Positions 40,894 through 53,008 of a stretch of 64,000 bases of DNA are shown here, piece after piece. The position numbers were made by a program, and so were the translations under genes. Under the pieces are notes generated by a model that was not told the origin of the DNA, made no database searches, and saw nothing but the letters and a program-made list of their open reading frames with translations. How positions within the stretch are numbered: the stretch's first letter is position 1; each line of letters opens with the position of its first letter. Source of the DNA: Vulcanimicrobiota bacterium (GTDB lineage Bacteria; Vulcanimicrobiota; Vulcanimicrobiia; Vulcanimicrobiales; Vulcanimicrobiaceae); NCBI GenBank assembly GCA_963714015.1, contig OY970223.1, positions 1,536,001 to 1,600,000 of the forward strand, written 5' to 3'.

Positions 40894-41785
40894 TCAGTAC
40901 CGGATCGCTTGATGCGGAAGGTTCACGTGCGAGATCGACATCAGGTAAAACAGGCCGATCATCGTAGCGAGATACCAGAAGCCGACGCGAACTTTGCCGG
41001 CCGGCGTCATTGAGGCGAAACGAGGATCGTGGTATCCGCGAAATCCCGCAATCGCACTCGGCAATGCCAGCAAAGCGAAGAGCAGCAAAAAGAACAGCGG
41101 CACGTGCAGCCAGATTGAAAGCCCGACGAACGCCAGAAATCCAAAGACCCAAAGCACCGGCGAGAGTGCACCGGCGATGCGGCCGCCGTCGAACGGCAGC
41201 GCCGGAATCATGTTGAACAGATTAACGAACGCGCCGACGTTGGCCGCCATCAACCAAAAATCGGAGTGTAATTGGGTGCCGTACGCCCAGCAAATCGCCG
41301 AAACGCCCAAGCCGGTAAGCGGGCCGGCGAGCGCGATATACGCATCGTGCTCGAGATTCTGCGGCACTCCGCCCATCGTGAACGCGCCCATGAACGGAAC
41401 GAACACCGGGAAGCTTCGCCGGCAACCCGTAGTTGCGGATCGTCACGTAATGACCCATCTCGTGCGCCAGAATCATTACGAGAAAGACCAGCGCAAATTT
41501 CCAGCCCCAAAATAATGCGTAGAACCACAGCGAGATGAAAAACGATCCGCCATACGTGAAAAGTTTGAGCGCGATAAAGGCCCATTTGAAGTTGAGCAGC
41601 AGCAAAAGCAGGCCTTTGAATTTTGCAAGCAGCACCGCAATGCCGACTCCCGCTGCGCCTAAGCCCTTGGCTTTATTGCCTTGCTCGCGCTGCGCTTGCG
41701 TCTGGGCGTCGGGAGGCAAGTACTCGCCTTCCGTAACGTCGTAGCGCTTATTTTCGGGCCGTTCGGCCCAATGGGGATCGTTCAC
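40894..41785 (-). CDS. Site-2 protease (M50 family), frameshift near 41405
   Basis: HEMGH, IALAGP, NLFNMIPALPFDGGRI. Confidence 0.9.
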
Positions 41786-41903
41786 GATTCTTGCTACTTC
41801 TGCGCAGGCCCGATTGTTCCGGCGGCCTTCGCCTCGCGATAAAGGGCTCTGTGCGTTGCCGCTGCTCAGGGTCACGACGCGAGAATGTCGAACGGGCGCA
41901 TGC

Positions 41904-43231
41904 GTGAAGCGGATAGTGATTTTGGGCGGCGGCTTTGCGGCGATTGCGACGGCGCAGCGGCTGGAGAAGATGCTTCGACCGCAAGAGGCCGAGCTCGACC
42001 TTGATCAGCCGCGAGAATTTTTCGCTTTTTACGCCGATGCTGCCGGAGGTGAGCTCCGGAGCGCTGGACGTGCGGCACATCGTGACGCCCATTCGGTCGC
42101 AACTGCGCCGCACGCGCTTCATTCTTGCAGACGTCACCGCCCTGGACGCGAATGCGAGCAGCGTTTCGTACACGCATACACTTACCGGCGATGCGGAAAG
42201 CGATGGAGTTCGATCATGTCGTCATTGCGATTGGAGCGTCGACCTCGACGTTCGGTTTGCCCGGCGTCGCCGAACGCGTCTTTGCGCTCAAGACGCTCGA
42301 AGACGCCGGCATTCTGCGCAACCGTTTCATGTGGCTGCTCGAATTCGCGGACACGCTTACCGATCCGCACGAGCGCAAGCGCTTGTTGACGATTGCCGTC
42401 GTCGGCGGCGGATTTACCGGCGTCGAGGCGGCAGGCGAGACTGGCCGAGCTCTTTCACAGCGTTCGCCGGTTCTTTCCGAACGTCCAAGAGAACGACATT
42501 GAGATCGTGTTGATCGAAGGGGGACCCGTACTGCTCCCGGGGCTGCCGGCACGCATGGGCGAGTATTCAAATCGCGATCTGCGCCGTCGCGGCGTGGCGG
42601 TGATCACGGGCGACGGCGTGAAACTCGCCGACGACCAGGGACTGGAACTCGCGAGCGGACGGCGCGTCGAAACGCGCACGATCGTTTGGAGCGCCGGAGT
42701 CAAGCCGCGATCGATTGCGATCGCCGGGGATATTCCGCGCGGCAAACACGGCACGATCGCGGTCGCGGCGGACATGAGCGTCCCGAATTTTGCCGGGTTC
42801 TGGGCGATCGGCGACTGCGCGTCGATTCCGAACGGACAGGGCGGTTTTTATCCGCCTACGGCGCAGCACGCGATTCGTGAAGGGCCGGTGCTCGCGGCGC
42901 AACATCGTTGCGGCGCTCCGCGGCGCGGTCGACCCAGCCGTTTCGCTACAACTGCGCTGGGAATGATGGCATCGCTCGGAGCGCGCAAAGCGGTGGCGCA
43001 GTTGCCCGGCGATCGCGTTCTGACCGGATTTCTGGGCTTGGTTTCTTTGGCGCAGTTACTATCTCTCGCGCCTTCCCGGTCTGGATCGTAAGCTGCGCGT
43101 CGCGTTCGACTGGACGCTCGAATTGGTGTTTCCGCGCGACATCTCCGAACTGCGCGTCTACACGCGGCGCGCGCAGTCCAGCGCCGCGGCCGATGCCGGT
43201 CTGAAGCCTGCGCGAGCGCGATCTGAAGTAG
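41904..43231 (+). CDS. ndh: Type II NADH dehydrogenase-like FAD oxidoreductase (several frameshifts; end approximate)
   Basis: [41 protein letters not shown]. Confidence 0.85.
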
Positions 43232-43272
43232 CCGCGCGAGCCGGTCTTGGAAGTACGCACCGCAATGGGGGT

Positions 43273-44688
43273 ATGACCATGGAGTTCCGTGAACCGATCG
43301 AGCGGCTCATCCGCAATCCGCGTGAATTTACGAAAGACGTTCCGTTTCCCGATCCGTCGCAGATCCGGATCTACGACGAAACGCTGCGCGACGGCGAACA
43401 GATGCCCGGCGTCTGCTTCACTCCCGAACAAAAACTCGAAATCGCTCAACATCTGGCCGATGTCGGCGTGCACATCATGAGTGTCGGATTCCCGGCGGCC
43501 TCGGCAGGCGATCGCAAGACGCTGCAGCTCGTTATGGAAGCCAAGCGGCGAGGCGACCTGCGCGAACGTCGAGATCGTCGTCATGTGCCGCAGCAATCCC
43601 AAAGACATCGACGTCACCATTGAGACGCTCCAGGCCGTCGACGTCTCACCCGCGGACGTCACGTTCTTCATTTTCACGAGCGGCAGCGATCTGCATTTGA
43701 AGTACAAGATCGGCAAGACGCTGCTCAAACTCGAAGGGCGCGACGAGAGCGAGTGGCTCGATCTGCCGCTCGAGTTCTACCGCAGCGCGAACATCAAACT
43801 GCAAGTGCGATGCGATCCGTTACGCGCGTTCCAAAGGGCGTGTACGCACGTCGAGTTCGGCGCCGAAGACGGCAGCCGCGGCGACGTGGAGTACTTCATC
43901 GATACTTCAAAGCCAGTTTGGAGGCCGGCGGCGACCGTCCCGCATGGCCGGATACCGTCGGGTGTTTGACGCCCGAAGCGGCGCGCTGGTACTGCTCGCG
44001 CATCGTGCGCGCGATGCCCGAAGGGCTTGCCGATGGTCTGCCACTTTCACAACGACTACGGGCTCGGTACGATCAATGCGATCACCGCCGTATCGTGCGG
44101 ATTCAAAGTTGTAAGCGTTACCGCGAACGGCTACGGCGAGCGCGCCGGTAACGTGAAGCTGCACGAGTTCGTTACCGCGCTGAACGTGCTGTACGGCGTC
44201 GAACTGCCCGGATTCAAGTACGACAAACTGCGCGAACTGGCGCGCTTCATGGAACGGATGAGCGGCATTCCAATTCAGCAGCACGAGCCGATCATCGGGG
44301 AGAAGGTCTTCGCGCACGAGTCCGGGCATCCACACGCACGCCATGCTGATCGATCGCCGCATGTATGAGGCTGTTCCCGCGCAACTCGTCGGCGGCGAAA
44401 TGTCATGGGTGTTCGGCAAGCACTCGGGCGTTGCGCTGGTGGAAGATACGCTGCGCAAACATCGCGATCGAGCTGGCGGCGTTGGGAGTCGAGGTCACGT
44501 CCGAACTTGCGCAACGCGTGACCGAAGAAGTCAAACGCTTGCGTGAAGAGCGCGCTGCAGGCAGCAGAAGCTCGGAAACGATCGACGCGTACGAAGAGGC
44601 GATGCGCCGGCTTTCAATCGGCGAAGCCGAGGTCGCCGAGATAGCCGTCGCCCTAGGATCGCCCAAGGAGCGCGCAATCGCCGGATAG
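43273..44688 (+). CDS. LeuA/homocitrate synthase family (DRE-TIM) acyltransferase, several frameshifts
   Basis: [41 protein letters not shown]; no LeuA regulatory domain evident. Confidence 0.85.
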
Positions 44689-44720
44689 CGGCACCACTCC
44701 GGCGCGGACGATCTTACGCA

Positions 44721-45081
44721 GTGCTGCTGGGTTACCTCACGCTGCTGGTTTTGGGTTTTGCCGGAAACGTCATGGTCGCGATCGCTTTGCGTGCAGCGGG
44801 CAGGCTCTACATCGGTCATCTGCAGCGAGATCGTCGCCCTCGTTGCCGCGATAATCGCCGGCGCCGTTACGGCGCGGATTGCCCGCGCAAAGCCGCTTGC
44901 GCATGCCGGCGCACTAGGCCTGACCGTGTTCACGGTTACCGTCATCGCGTCGGCGCTTGTTCCGGCACATCGGAACGCCTTTTTTCCACCGTGGTACCCG
45001 TTCGTCGCGGCTGCATTGAGCGGCGTGGGCGCGTTTATCGGCGGCGCATTAGTCAGTCAGAGCATCGAGCGCAGCGCTTGA
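44721..45081 (+). CDS. Small hypothetical membrane protein (probable frameshift near 44810)
   Basis: Two overlapping hydrophobic ORFs joining into about 4 TMs; PPWY motif. Confidence 0.55.
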
Positions 45082-45211
45082 TCTGCGCGCGCCCCGGCGG
45101 CCCCGGCAAGGAAGCCGGAAATCAGGTTCGAACGTTCCCCTAGTATTACACTGGTTCGTCGTTTAACGAAGCGCTTTGTTCCTCCAAATGTATGCGAAGG
45201 ATCTGCCCGCC

Positions 45212-45334
45212 GTGAACCTACACCGCCTCGTCCCGACGATTTCGCTAGTAGTCTTGTGCGCATCGCTCGTGGCCAACACTGAAAGGGGCACGGAGAAGAT
45301 CGAGCTCTCCGGACATGATCCGTCCGAATACTAA
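45212..45334 (+). CDS. Candidate 40-aa ORF with signal-peptide-like N-terminus
   Basis: MNLHRLVPTISLVVLCASLVANTERGTEKIELSGHDPSEY; AAGGA upstream; alternative in-frame ATG at 45188. Confidence 0.3.
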   Translation: MNLHRLVPTISLVVLCASLVANTERGTEKIELSGHDPSEY

Positions 45335-45431
45335 CCATTACTTTTCTCTTCATAGGACGCGGCTGCTGCAGCGATTGATCGCTCGAGCAGGCGCACGAGG
45401 AATCCTTTCGGGATCGCCGTAACGATTGCAC

Positions 45432-47211
45432 GTGAGGAAGACGGTGCTCCTGGCGCTTTGCGTCTTCTCTTTCTTCGTTCTCCTCGCCGATGCGATGGAG
45501 ACCTACGGGCTCGTTGCTCGGCCACTCTTCGGATATATGGACGCTGATCTCAACCCCACCAGAACGCCGTACGTCGAAGAGTACGTCACCGTGGTTCCGG
45601 GCGGAGCCTCTTCCCGCGCGGGGATACAGCGGGGGGATACCGTCGATCTGCGCGAGCTCGACGTGGATGCGCGCGTCGGCGTCATCTATCAACCGGTTAC
45701 GACGCAGAGCCTCCGGATAGTGGTGCATCGGGGAAACCGCGTTTTCGTCACCCACGTGCACCCATCGACCGTTTACGACGGGGATGCTGCCGCCAAGCAG
45801 ATTGCCGACGCCTTTTTCTTCGCCGCCGATCTACTGCTGCTCGCATGCGCGACCATTATCGCATTTCGCCGCCCGGACACAATCGAAGGACGGCTCCTCT
45901 GCCTAACGCTCCTGGCGTTGTTGGGGACGACGTTTTCGCCGAGCAATGTGGCACTGGGGAACGGCCGGCTCGGCGCGCTCTTGTATCTGTTTTCCGGAAT
46001 CTCAACCTGCGCGATGATTGTCTTACCGGTCGTGCTTGCCGCACGCTTCGGCGTTCGCGCCGGGCTACGCCGTGGCATGGAAATCGTTGCCTACGCAACG
46101 GCAACTTCGGTGCTCGTGATTTACGTTTTTGGAACGATTGGGCTGATCGCGCTGTCGGTGGACCCCGTCCCGTTCTTGCTCACGTTCGGTAGTTCGTGGA
46201 GCACGTTCATCTCGCTCGCGCCTTTCGTCACGGTCGCCGCGGTCGCGTTGGCGGTCGCAGCGACGCCGCCTTCTGAGCGGCCTCGTGCTGCGTGGCTGCT
46301 GATACCACTCCCGTTCGCATATCTCGTGTCCGGCCTCGTTCAAATCGATCAGTCGGCAATTCCTGACTTCATCGCCTATTTGCTCGTGACGTCGGTCAAT
46401 AGCATCTGTTTGGTGCTCGGCGCGGGCGCGGTCACGTTTGCAATCGTGAAGCGCCGTGTCCTGGACATCCAATTCATCGTCGCCCGCGCGCTGGTCGTTG
46501 CGGTCGTCTCGTCGATCGTCGTGGTATCATTCATTCTTCTCGAGTGGGCACTAGGAACGTTCCTCTCGTCGGCCGGCCGCATCACGGGACTCGTCGCCAA
46601 TGCAGGGCTCGCGCTCGTTTTGGGATTGAGCATGCACGTCATTCACGGCCGGGTCGACGGTTGGGTGGAGCGCGCACTCTTTCATAAACGCCGCGAGAAC
46701 GAGCACAAGCTGCGAGCCTTCGCCAAGGAGGCGATGTTTGTAACCGAGCGCGATGCGCTCTTGGATCGTGCGATTGGGATCGTGCAAGCAACCACGGACG
46801 CGCGATCCGCGGCTTTCTATCTCGACGGGAGCGGTTCGTATCAGCCCGTACGCTCGTTCGGCGAGATCGTTCCGCCCAGGGCGACGAGAACGACCCGCTC
46901 ATCCTCGCCTTGAAGACCTGGCACGAACCGGTCGATCCGCATCGTTACGAGACCGAGTTGACGGCGCGCTCGCCGTCCCAATGCTCGCTCACGGGCGTCT
47001 TCTCGGCATATTGCTGTGTGGCGAGCGCGCGGGCGGCGAAGCCTACGTCCGGGATGAGATCGAGGCCCTTTCCGAATTCGCTCACGGCGTGGGCGCATCG
47101 CTCGGATCGATGATTCGTTTCGATGCTGCCGACGCTCACGACGGTGCAATCCTCAGGGAACTGCGAGAGTTGCGCGAAGCGGTCGCCCGTTTGGAAGCTC
47201 GCTACCGGTAG
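45432..47211 (+). CDS. Membrane sensor-like protein: PDZ-like domain, multi-TM region, GAF domain (frameshifts about 46880-46960)
   Basis: VVPGGASSRAGIQRGDTV; about 8 TMs; RVLDI; LAVPMLAHGRLLGILLCG...EIEALSEFAHGVG. Confidence 0.8.
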
Positions 47212-47533
47212 CGTGCGCTCAGCGTGCGTTCGGATGAAACGACATACGCACCGGTCTCTTCGACGGTTAGCACAATGCGGCTCTCGGCACCCACAGAACC
47301 GTCGTCGGGCGGGCCGCAAGGGCAAGACGATATGACGATCTCCTTTCACGCGTCAGGCACGGCCGGAGCGTACTAGTTAACCTCGCGCTTTGCGTTTCCC
47401 AACATTTAATCAAAACGAAAAAGCCTTGGCGCGACTGCAAGGCGGACTTTTCTTAAAAAGACGGATGCGATCGCATTGCGCGGTTCGATCGCTCATTCGT
47501 CGCTTCCCGATGTCGCTGCTCACCATGACCGGG

Positions 47534-48369
47534 CTAAGCCGGGCCGTCGGCGAGGGCGCCCATCCGGAATGCCGCGACGAACGCTCTGAATACGGTGGGA
47601 TAGTCGTCGTGGGTGAAGCGCACTCGGCGCGCGTCGATGCGTTCGAAGCCCGGGATGATCTCGATCCAGTCCGCCTGCTCGACGCGCGTGAGGTCGATCT
47701 CCATGACGATCGGTGGTTCGAAGCGGAACGGCTGAGCCTGTTGCCGATTTTGCAGCGCCTGTTGTGCGCCCGCCCGGATCGCCGCTTGCGCGGCTTGAGG
47801 TGAGATCGAATCGACCGCATAGTTGCCGATGCTCTCCTTGACGATGACGCCGGTAATCCACGGCATCTGCTCTTTCGCGCTTTCGATCGTGACGCGATCG
47901 CCCGTTATCAGCAGCACCGGGATGCCGTAATGTCCGGCGATACCGGCGTTGAGCGTCGCCTCACTGCAGCGGATGCCGTTGACGAAGACGTTGTAGATTA
48001 CCGACGGCGTGTACGAGTGGCAGAGCGTCGCGTTCGCATCGCCGATAGCGCCGTGATAGCCGGTGTAGAAGACGCCGCCGTATCCGGCCCCGAGCGATTC
48101 GTTCATCGAGAGGGGTTTGCGGTTGCCGAAGATCACGCGAACGTCCGGCGGGAGCTCGTCCAACAGCAGATTGCGCATCGGGCCGTGCGAGTCGTTGATC
48201 GTGACCTCCGTGGCGCCGGCTGCGCGAGCGCCGTCAATCGCAGCGCATACTTCGGCCGTCATGTACTTCTGGTAAATGAAATACTCGGGCGTATACTGCG
48301 CGCGTCCACTTGCTCCCAGCTGCAGACGCCCGCGACGCCCTCCATGTCGCAGGAAATGTAGAGTTTCAT
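47534..48369 (-). CDS. dppA: M55 D-aminopeptidase (DppA family), copy 2; frameshift near 48295
   Basis: MKLYISCDMEG, NDSH, GYH, CHS, GD, VKE. Confidence 0.9.
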
Positions 48370-49199
48370 GCGACCACGTTGGCGGCGCCGCCAAGACGAA
48401 ATGCGGCGAGGAACGCGCGGAAAATCTGCACGAAGTCGCCATGCTCGAAGCGTAGCGTGCGTCCGGCAATTCGCGTAAATCCGGGCATCAGTTCGATGAA
48501 GTCCGCCTGCTCGACGCGCGCGGTATCTATTTCGAGTACATATGGAGGATCGAAGGTGAAGGGTTTGGCCGAACCGGCATTGCGCACCGCGCGTTCGGCG
48601 CCTTCACGCAGCGCTTCACGTGCCGCCGCCGGCGTCATGGAATCGGTTGCGTAAAAGCCGATGCCTTCTTTAACGATCACGCCCGCGATCCACGGCAGAT
48701 GCTCGCGCGCGTGCTCGACGGTCCGGCGATCGCCGCTGACGAGCAGGACCGGAATGCGATAATAGCCCGCCATTGCGGCGTTGAGCAGCGCTTCGCTGCA
48801 GGCAACGCCGTTCACGCGGACGTTGTAAATCGTCGCGTCGGTATAGGTGTGCGCCAGCACGCCGCCGGCATCGCCGACCCGCGCATGATATCCGGTGAAG
48901 AACGCTCCGTCGAAGCCCGAGCTCAAGCCTTGCGTCATCGAGAACGGCTTTCGGCCGCCGGAGATTACGCGAACGTCGGCGGGAAGCTCGTCCCACAAAA
49001 GATTGCGCATGTCCCAATGCGAGTCGTTGACCACGAACTCAGCGGCGCCGCCCGCACGGGCTCCGTCGATCGCGGCGCGCACCTCCTGCGTCATGTACCG
49101 GCGGTAGACCGGGTATTCGAAACGGTTGCTCGGATCGCATTGCATCCAACTGCAGACGGCGGCCGTTCCCTCCATGTCGCACGAGACGTACAGCCTCAT
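48366..49199 (-). CDS. dppA: M55 D-aminopeptidase (DppA family), copy 1
   Basis: MRLYVSCDMEG, NDSH, GYH, LAHT, SGD, VKE. Confidence 0.93.
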   Translation of the reverse strand: MRLYVSCDMEGTAAVCSWMQCDPSNRFEYPVYRRYMTQEVRAAIDGARAGGAAEFVVNDSHWDMRNLLWDELPADVRVISGGRKPFSMTQGLSSGFDGAFFTGYHARVGDAGGVLAHTYTDATIYNVRVNGVACSEALLNAAMAGYYRIPVLLVSGDRRTVEHAREHLPWIAGVIVKEGIGFYATDSMTPAAAREALREGAERAVRNAGSAKPFTFDPPYVLEIDTARVEQADFIELMPGFTRIAGRTLRFEHGDFVQIFRAFLAAFRLGGAANVVA

Positions 49200-49630
49200 T
49201 GCGTGCCCCGCAATCCGTCCTGCGCTTCGCTGAGCCCTTCTTGCGCTGCGACGTTCCTGCCGTTTACCGCCAGCGCGCGCTTGTAATACGGAATCGCCTG
49301 CTGATATTTGCCGACGGCGAGGTACATGTCGCCGAGTTGCGTGAGCGCGACGTCGTCTTTGGGATTGCGCGCGATGCGATCGCGCAGCTGAGAGAGTTGA
49401 ATGCGTACCGTTGCGGGCGGTCCTCCGCCCTCGACGTTGACCGCGGGCGGACCGGCCGTTGCCGCAGCCTCACGTGCGCCCGCGCCGGTGCCGGTACCGA
49501 AGACGGATCCCCCGGTCGTGAATCCTTGATGCACCAGCCAAGCGACGGCGGCGACGAACAGGACGCCGACGACCAACACGATCGGGAGATAGAGGCGCGG
49601 CGGAAGACCGCGATTCGGAACTCGAGCCAC
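49196..49630 (-). CDS. Membrane-anchored TPR protein
   Basis: N-terminal TM; NPKDDVALTQLGDMY...AIPYYKRAL. Confidence 0.85.
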   Translation of the reverse strand: MARVPNRGLPPRLYLPIVLVVGVLFVAAVAWLVHQGFTTGGSVFGTGTGAGAREAAATAGPPAVNVEGGGPPATVRIQLSQLRDRIARNPKDDVALTQLGDMYLAVGKYQQAIPYYKRALAVNGRNVAAQEGLSEAQDGLRGTQ

Positions 49631-49665
49631 AAGAGTCGTTTGGACGTGCGGCGAATAAACTCTTC

Positions 49666-50208
49666 GTGCTGCCCTCGGAAACCGATCTCCAGTTGCTCTT
49701 TGCCGAATTGAACAACTTTTTTTTCAACGGTGAAGTGCCGGTGTGCCGGATCCGCTACAACGCGCGCTTCTCCAACTCGGCCGGCCGTATCACCTACAGC
49801 GAACGGCCGCTGCTGATCGAGCTCTCGCCCAAGCACTTTCGGTCGGAGCCCGGGGCGCTGCGTGAAACGCTGCTGCACGAGATGATCCATGCCTGGCTTT
49901 TCGACAAGTGCGGCGATACCGGGCACGGAGCAGCGTTTCGCAAGAAGATGCGCCAATGCGGCATGACCTCGATTTACCACGATCTCGGCAACGTCCGGCC
50001 GCTGAGCGAAAGCGCGAAACGCTACATTCTGCGCTGTGAGAAATGCACGCTCGAATTGCTTCGCAAGCGCTTGCCTTCGGCCGCAATGAGCTGCGGTCGC
50101 TGCAGTAAGCGAGGGTACGATCCGCGCTTTCCGCTCACGGTCTTCGAGGTAACGGAGACCCGTGAGCTCGGCCTTACTGTCGGGAAGGCGGCTTTCCGCG
50201 GCCGCTAA
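49666..50208 (+). CDS. SprT-like zinc metalloprotease
   Basis: LNNFFF, AG, LLHEMIH, GHG, C-terminal CxxC...CxxC. Confidence 0.9.
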   Translation: MLPSETDLQLLFAELNNFFFNGEVPVCRIRYNARFSNSAGRITYSERPLLIELSPKHFRSEPGALRETLLHEMIHAWLFDKCGDTGHGAAFRKKMRQCGMTSIYHDLGNVRPLSESAKRYILRCEKCTLELLRKRLPSAAMSCGRCSKRGYDPRFPLTVFEVTETRELGLTVGKAAFRGR

Positions 50209-50271
50209 CGAACAACCGCCTCGGCCGCACCGTATTCCGGTCATAACCTGTGTGAAAGGGCTTATTTCGCT

Positions 50272-52895
50272 ATGAGAATTCCCCGCTTGGCCCCTGCTTT
50301 GGCCTTCGCTGCAGTTTTCGCGCTTTGGGCGCCGCACGCGGACGCCCGCGTGACCGCCGCTACTGCGCCGGGACCGTTACCCAAGACGGTCATTCCGACG
50401 CTGTACGACATCAGCGTCGCGCCGGACCTGAAGACCATGAAGATTCGCGGCAACGAGACGATTGCCGTGAAGGTGACTGCGCCGGTGAAAAAGATCGAGC
50501 TGAACGCGCTTCAGACGACGTTCTCCGCGGTGTCGTTCGACGGTGTTCCGGTCGCGTCGATTTCTACGAATTCGAACACCGGAACCGCGACGTTTACGCT
50601 CAAGAAGCCCGCAACTCCGGGGACACACCGTTTGTCGATTGCGTATACTGCGACGGTTCAAACGTCCGCACAAGGACTCTTCGTTCAAAAATATCAAGAC
50701 ACCGCCGGCAAGCCGGCGCGAACTGATCGGGACGCAAATGGAAGCGACGGACGCGCGCCGCATGTTCCCGAGCTGGGACGAGCCGGCTTTTCGCGCGCGA
50801 TTCCACCTTACGGCAACGGTTCCGCAGCAATGGACGGCCGTGTCGAACATGCCGATCCAAAAGACTGTCTCTGCCGGGCCCGGTCTCAAGCGCGTGACCT
50901 TCGCAACCACGCCGTCGATGCCGACGTACTTGGTCGTACTATGTGCCGGCGATTTCGACGAACTGACCGGGAGCGCGAACGGCACGGCCGTGCACGTTTT
51001 CGGAACCAAGGGCAAAGGCCCCGAGCTCACGTACGCACTTTCATCGCTCGAACGCCTGATTCCGTATTACGAGACGTACTACGGCATCAAGTTTCCGCTT
51101 CCCAAACTCGACCTCATCGCCATTCCGGGATTCTTCGGCGGCGCGATGGAAAATTGGGGCGGTATGACGTTCACCGAAGATGGCGTCGTCTACGATCCGA
51201 AACTGCAGCCGCCCTCGGCAGAGCGCGGGGTCTTCGACGTGATCGCGCACGAAACGTCGCATCAGTGGAACGGCGATCTGGTGACGATGGCGTGGTGGGA
51301 CGGATTGTGGCTCAATGAGGGCTTTGCCACGTGGATGGAAAACAAAGCGACCGCCGAGAACAATCCGAGCTGGGACTGGACGTTTCAGTTCGATCAGGCG
51401 AACGATTCCACGATGATCTCGGATGCGCGCCGCACGACGCATCCCGTGCAGATGCCGGTGCACAACGAAACCGAGGCCAACGAGGTTTTCGACGAACTCT
51501 CGTATCAGAAGGCCGGCGCCTTCTTGCGCATGATGGAAGACTACCTCGGGCCGCAGACGTTCCGTAAGGGTCTGCACAATTATTTCGTGGCTAATGAATA
51601 CGGCAACACGGTCCCGTCGGATCTCTGGTCCGCGCTCTCGGCCGTATCGCATCAAAACATCGCGGCGATCTCGAACGCCTGGATCAACGAACCGGGATTC
51701 CCGGTCGTTTCCGTGCTTTCATCGTGCGCGAACGGCCGGCGCACGCTGCACCTCTCGCAATCACGCTATGCGTCGGATGGTTCGGCGAGCGGATCGACGA
51801 CGTGGGCGATTCCGCTGAACGTGGAAACGGCGCCCGGCACATTTGAGAAAGCGCTGTTCGACACACGAACGAGGGCCATTGCCGGCGGCAGCTGTTCGGA
51901 ACCGCTGGTACTGAACGGAAACGCGATCGGCTATTACCGCGTGCGTTACGACGCGGCTCAGCAGCGCCTGCAGCAGCAGCACTTCCGGCAGTTGAGCGTT
52001 CCGGATCGTCTCGAACTACTCGGCGATTCGTGGGTGTTCGCTCAAGACGGGAAGGCGAAGCTCTCCGACTTTCTCGCTTATGTGAAAGCCGACACGGGCG
52101 ATACCGAACCGCATGTGGCGGGCAATATTCTGGGCGACTTCGGACAGATGGAGGCCTACGAGTACGGCAAGCCGGGCGAGGCTGCGTTCAAGCAATACGC
52201 GATCACGTATTTGAAACCGCTCCTGACCGCACTAGGCGGATGGGACGGGAGCACGTCGGACGTCGATCGGAATGGCCTTCGTCAGCAAGTCATCGGCGAT
52301 TTGGCCCAAGCCGGCGACCAAGACTACGATCGCCGAGGCGCAGAAGCGCTTCGCAGCATACGTGCAGAATCCGAGCTCGCTGACGCCGGAGATGAAGAAC
52401 ACGGTGCTCGCCATCGTGGGGCGCTACGCGGATGAAAAAACCTACGATCAGCTGATTCAACTGGGAATGACGTCCCATAACCCAATCGAGATGCAGTCGT
52501 ACTTCCAAGCGGCGTTCGTCGCCAAGGATCCGGCGCTCGCGCAGAAGAGTCTGGACATGTCGCTGCAACTTCCGCCGCAGTTTCAGTCGTTCGCGCCGAT
52601 AATCGTGGCGATTGTCGGTCAGGACCATCCTGAAATGGCTTGGGCGTTTCTGCAGAAGAACACGGACAAGCTTTTCGGCGGAATGAGCACGTTCGATCGC
52701 CTGCCCTATGTAAGCGGCATCGCCGGTTCGTTTTGGCGAGGCGTCCCGGCCGATCAGATCGCGGCGTACTTGAAGGCCAATATGCCCGCTTCGGCAAGCC
52801 TGGACATCAATAAAGCGATGGAGTCGGTGACGCTCAATCAGCAGCACCGGGATCTGCTGGTTCCGCAAATCGACGCCTTCGTCAAAGCAAGCTAG
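50272..52895 (+). CDS. pepN: Secreted M1 aminopeptidase (frameshifts near 50720 and 52325)
   Basis: Signal peptide; ARRMFPSWDEP, GAMENWG, HETSH...WLNEG, YQK, YYRVRYD. Confidence 0.92.
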
Positions 52896-52925
52896 CCGGT
52901 TAGACGACAAAAGCAGCAAGCAATT

Positions 52926-52958
52926 GCAGGGGCGCTCGTTCGTACGAGACGCCCCTGC
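52926..52958 (+). terminator. Stem-loop downstream of pepN
   Basis: GCAGGGGCG...CGCCCCTGC with inner CTCGT/ACGAG; weak T tract. Confidence 0.5.
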
Positions 52959-53008
52959 GACGTTTATCCAGGCAGAGATTGGCGGCGGCGGGCGAAGATA
53001 GACCTGCC

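Noticed and set aside
43123..43623. Apparent ndh-LeuA fusion
   Set aside because: Both genes are heavily frameshifted and the synthase has its own start at 43273/43279; probably an indel artefact
47197..47220. Palindrome CGCTACCGGTAGCG at the receptor gene stop with an opposite-strand open frame
   Set aside because: The reverse frame has no start codon after its upstream stop; likely incidental or a weak terminator
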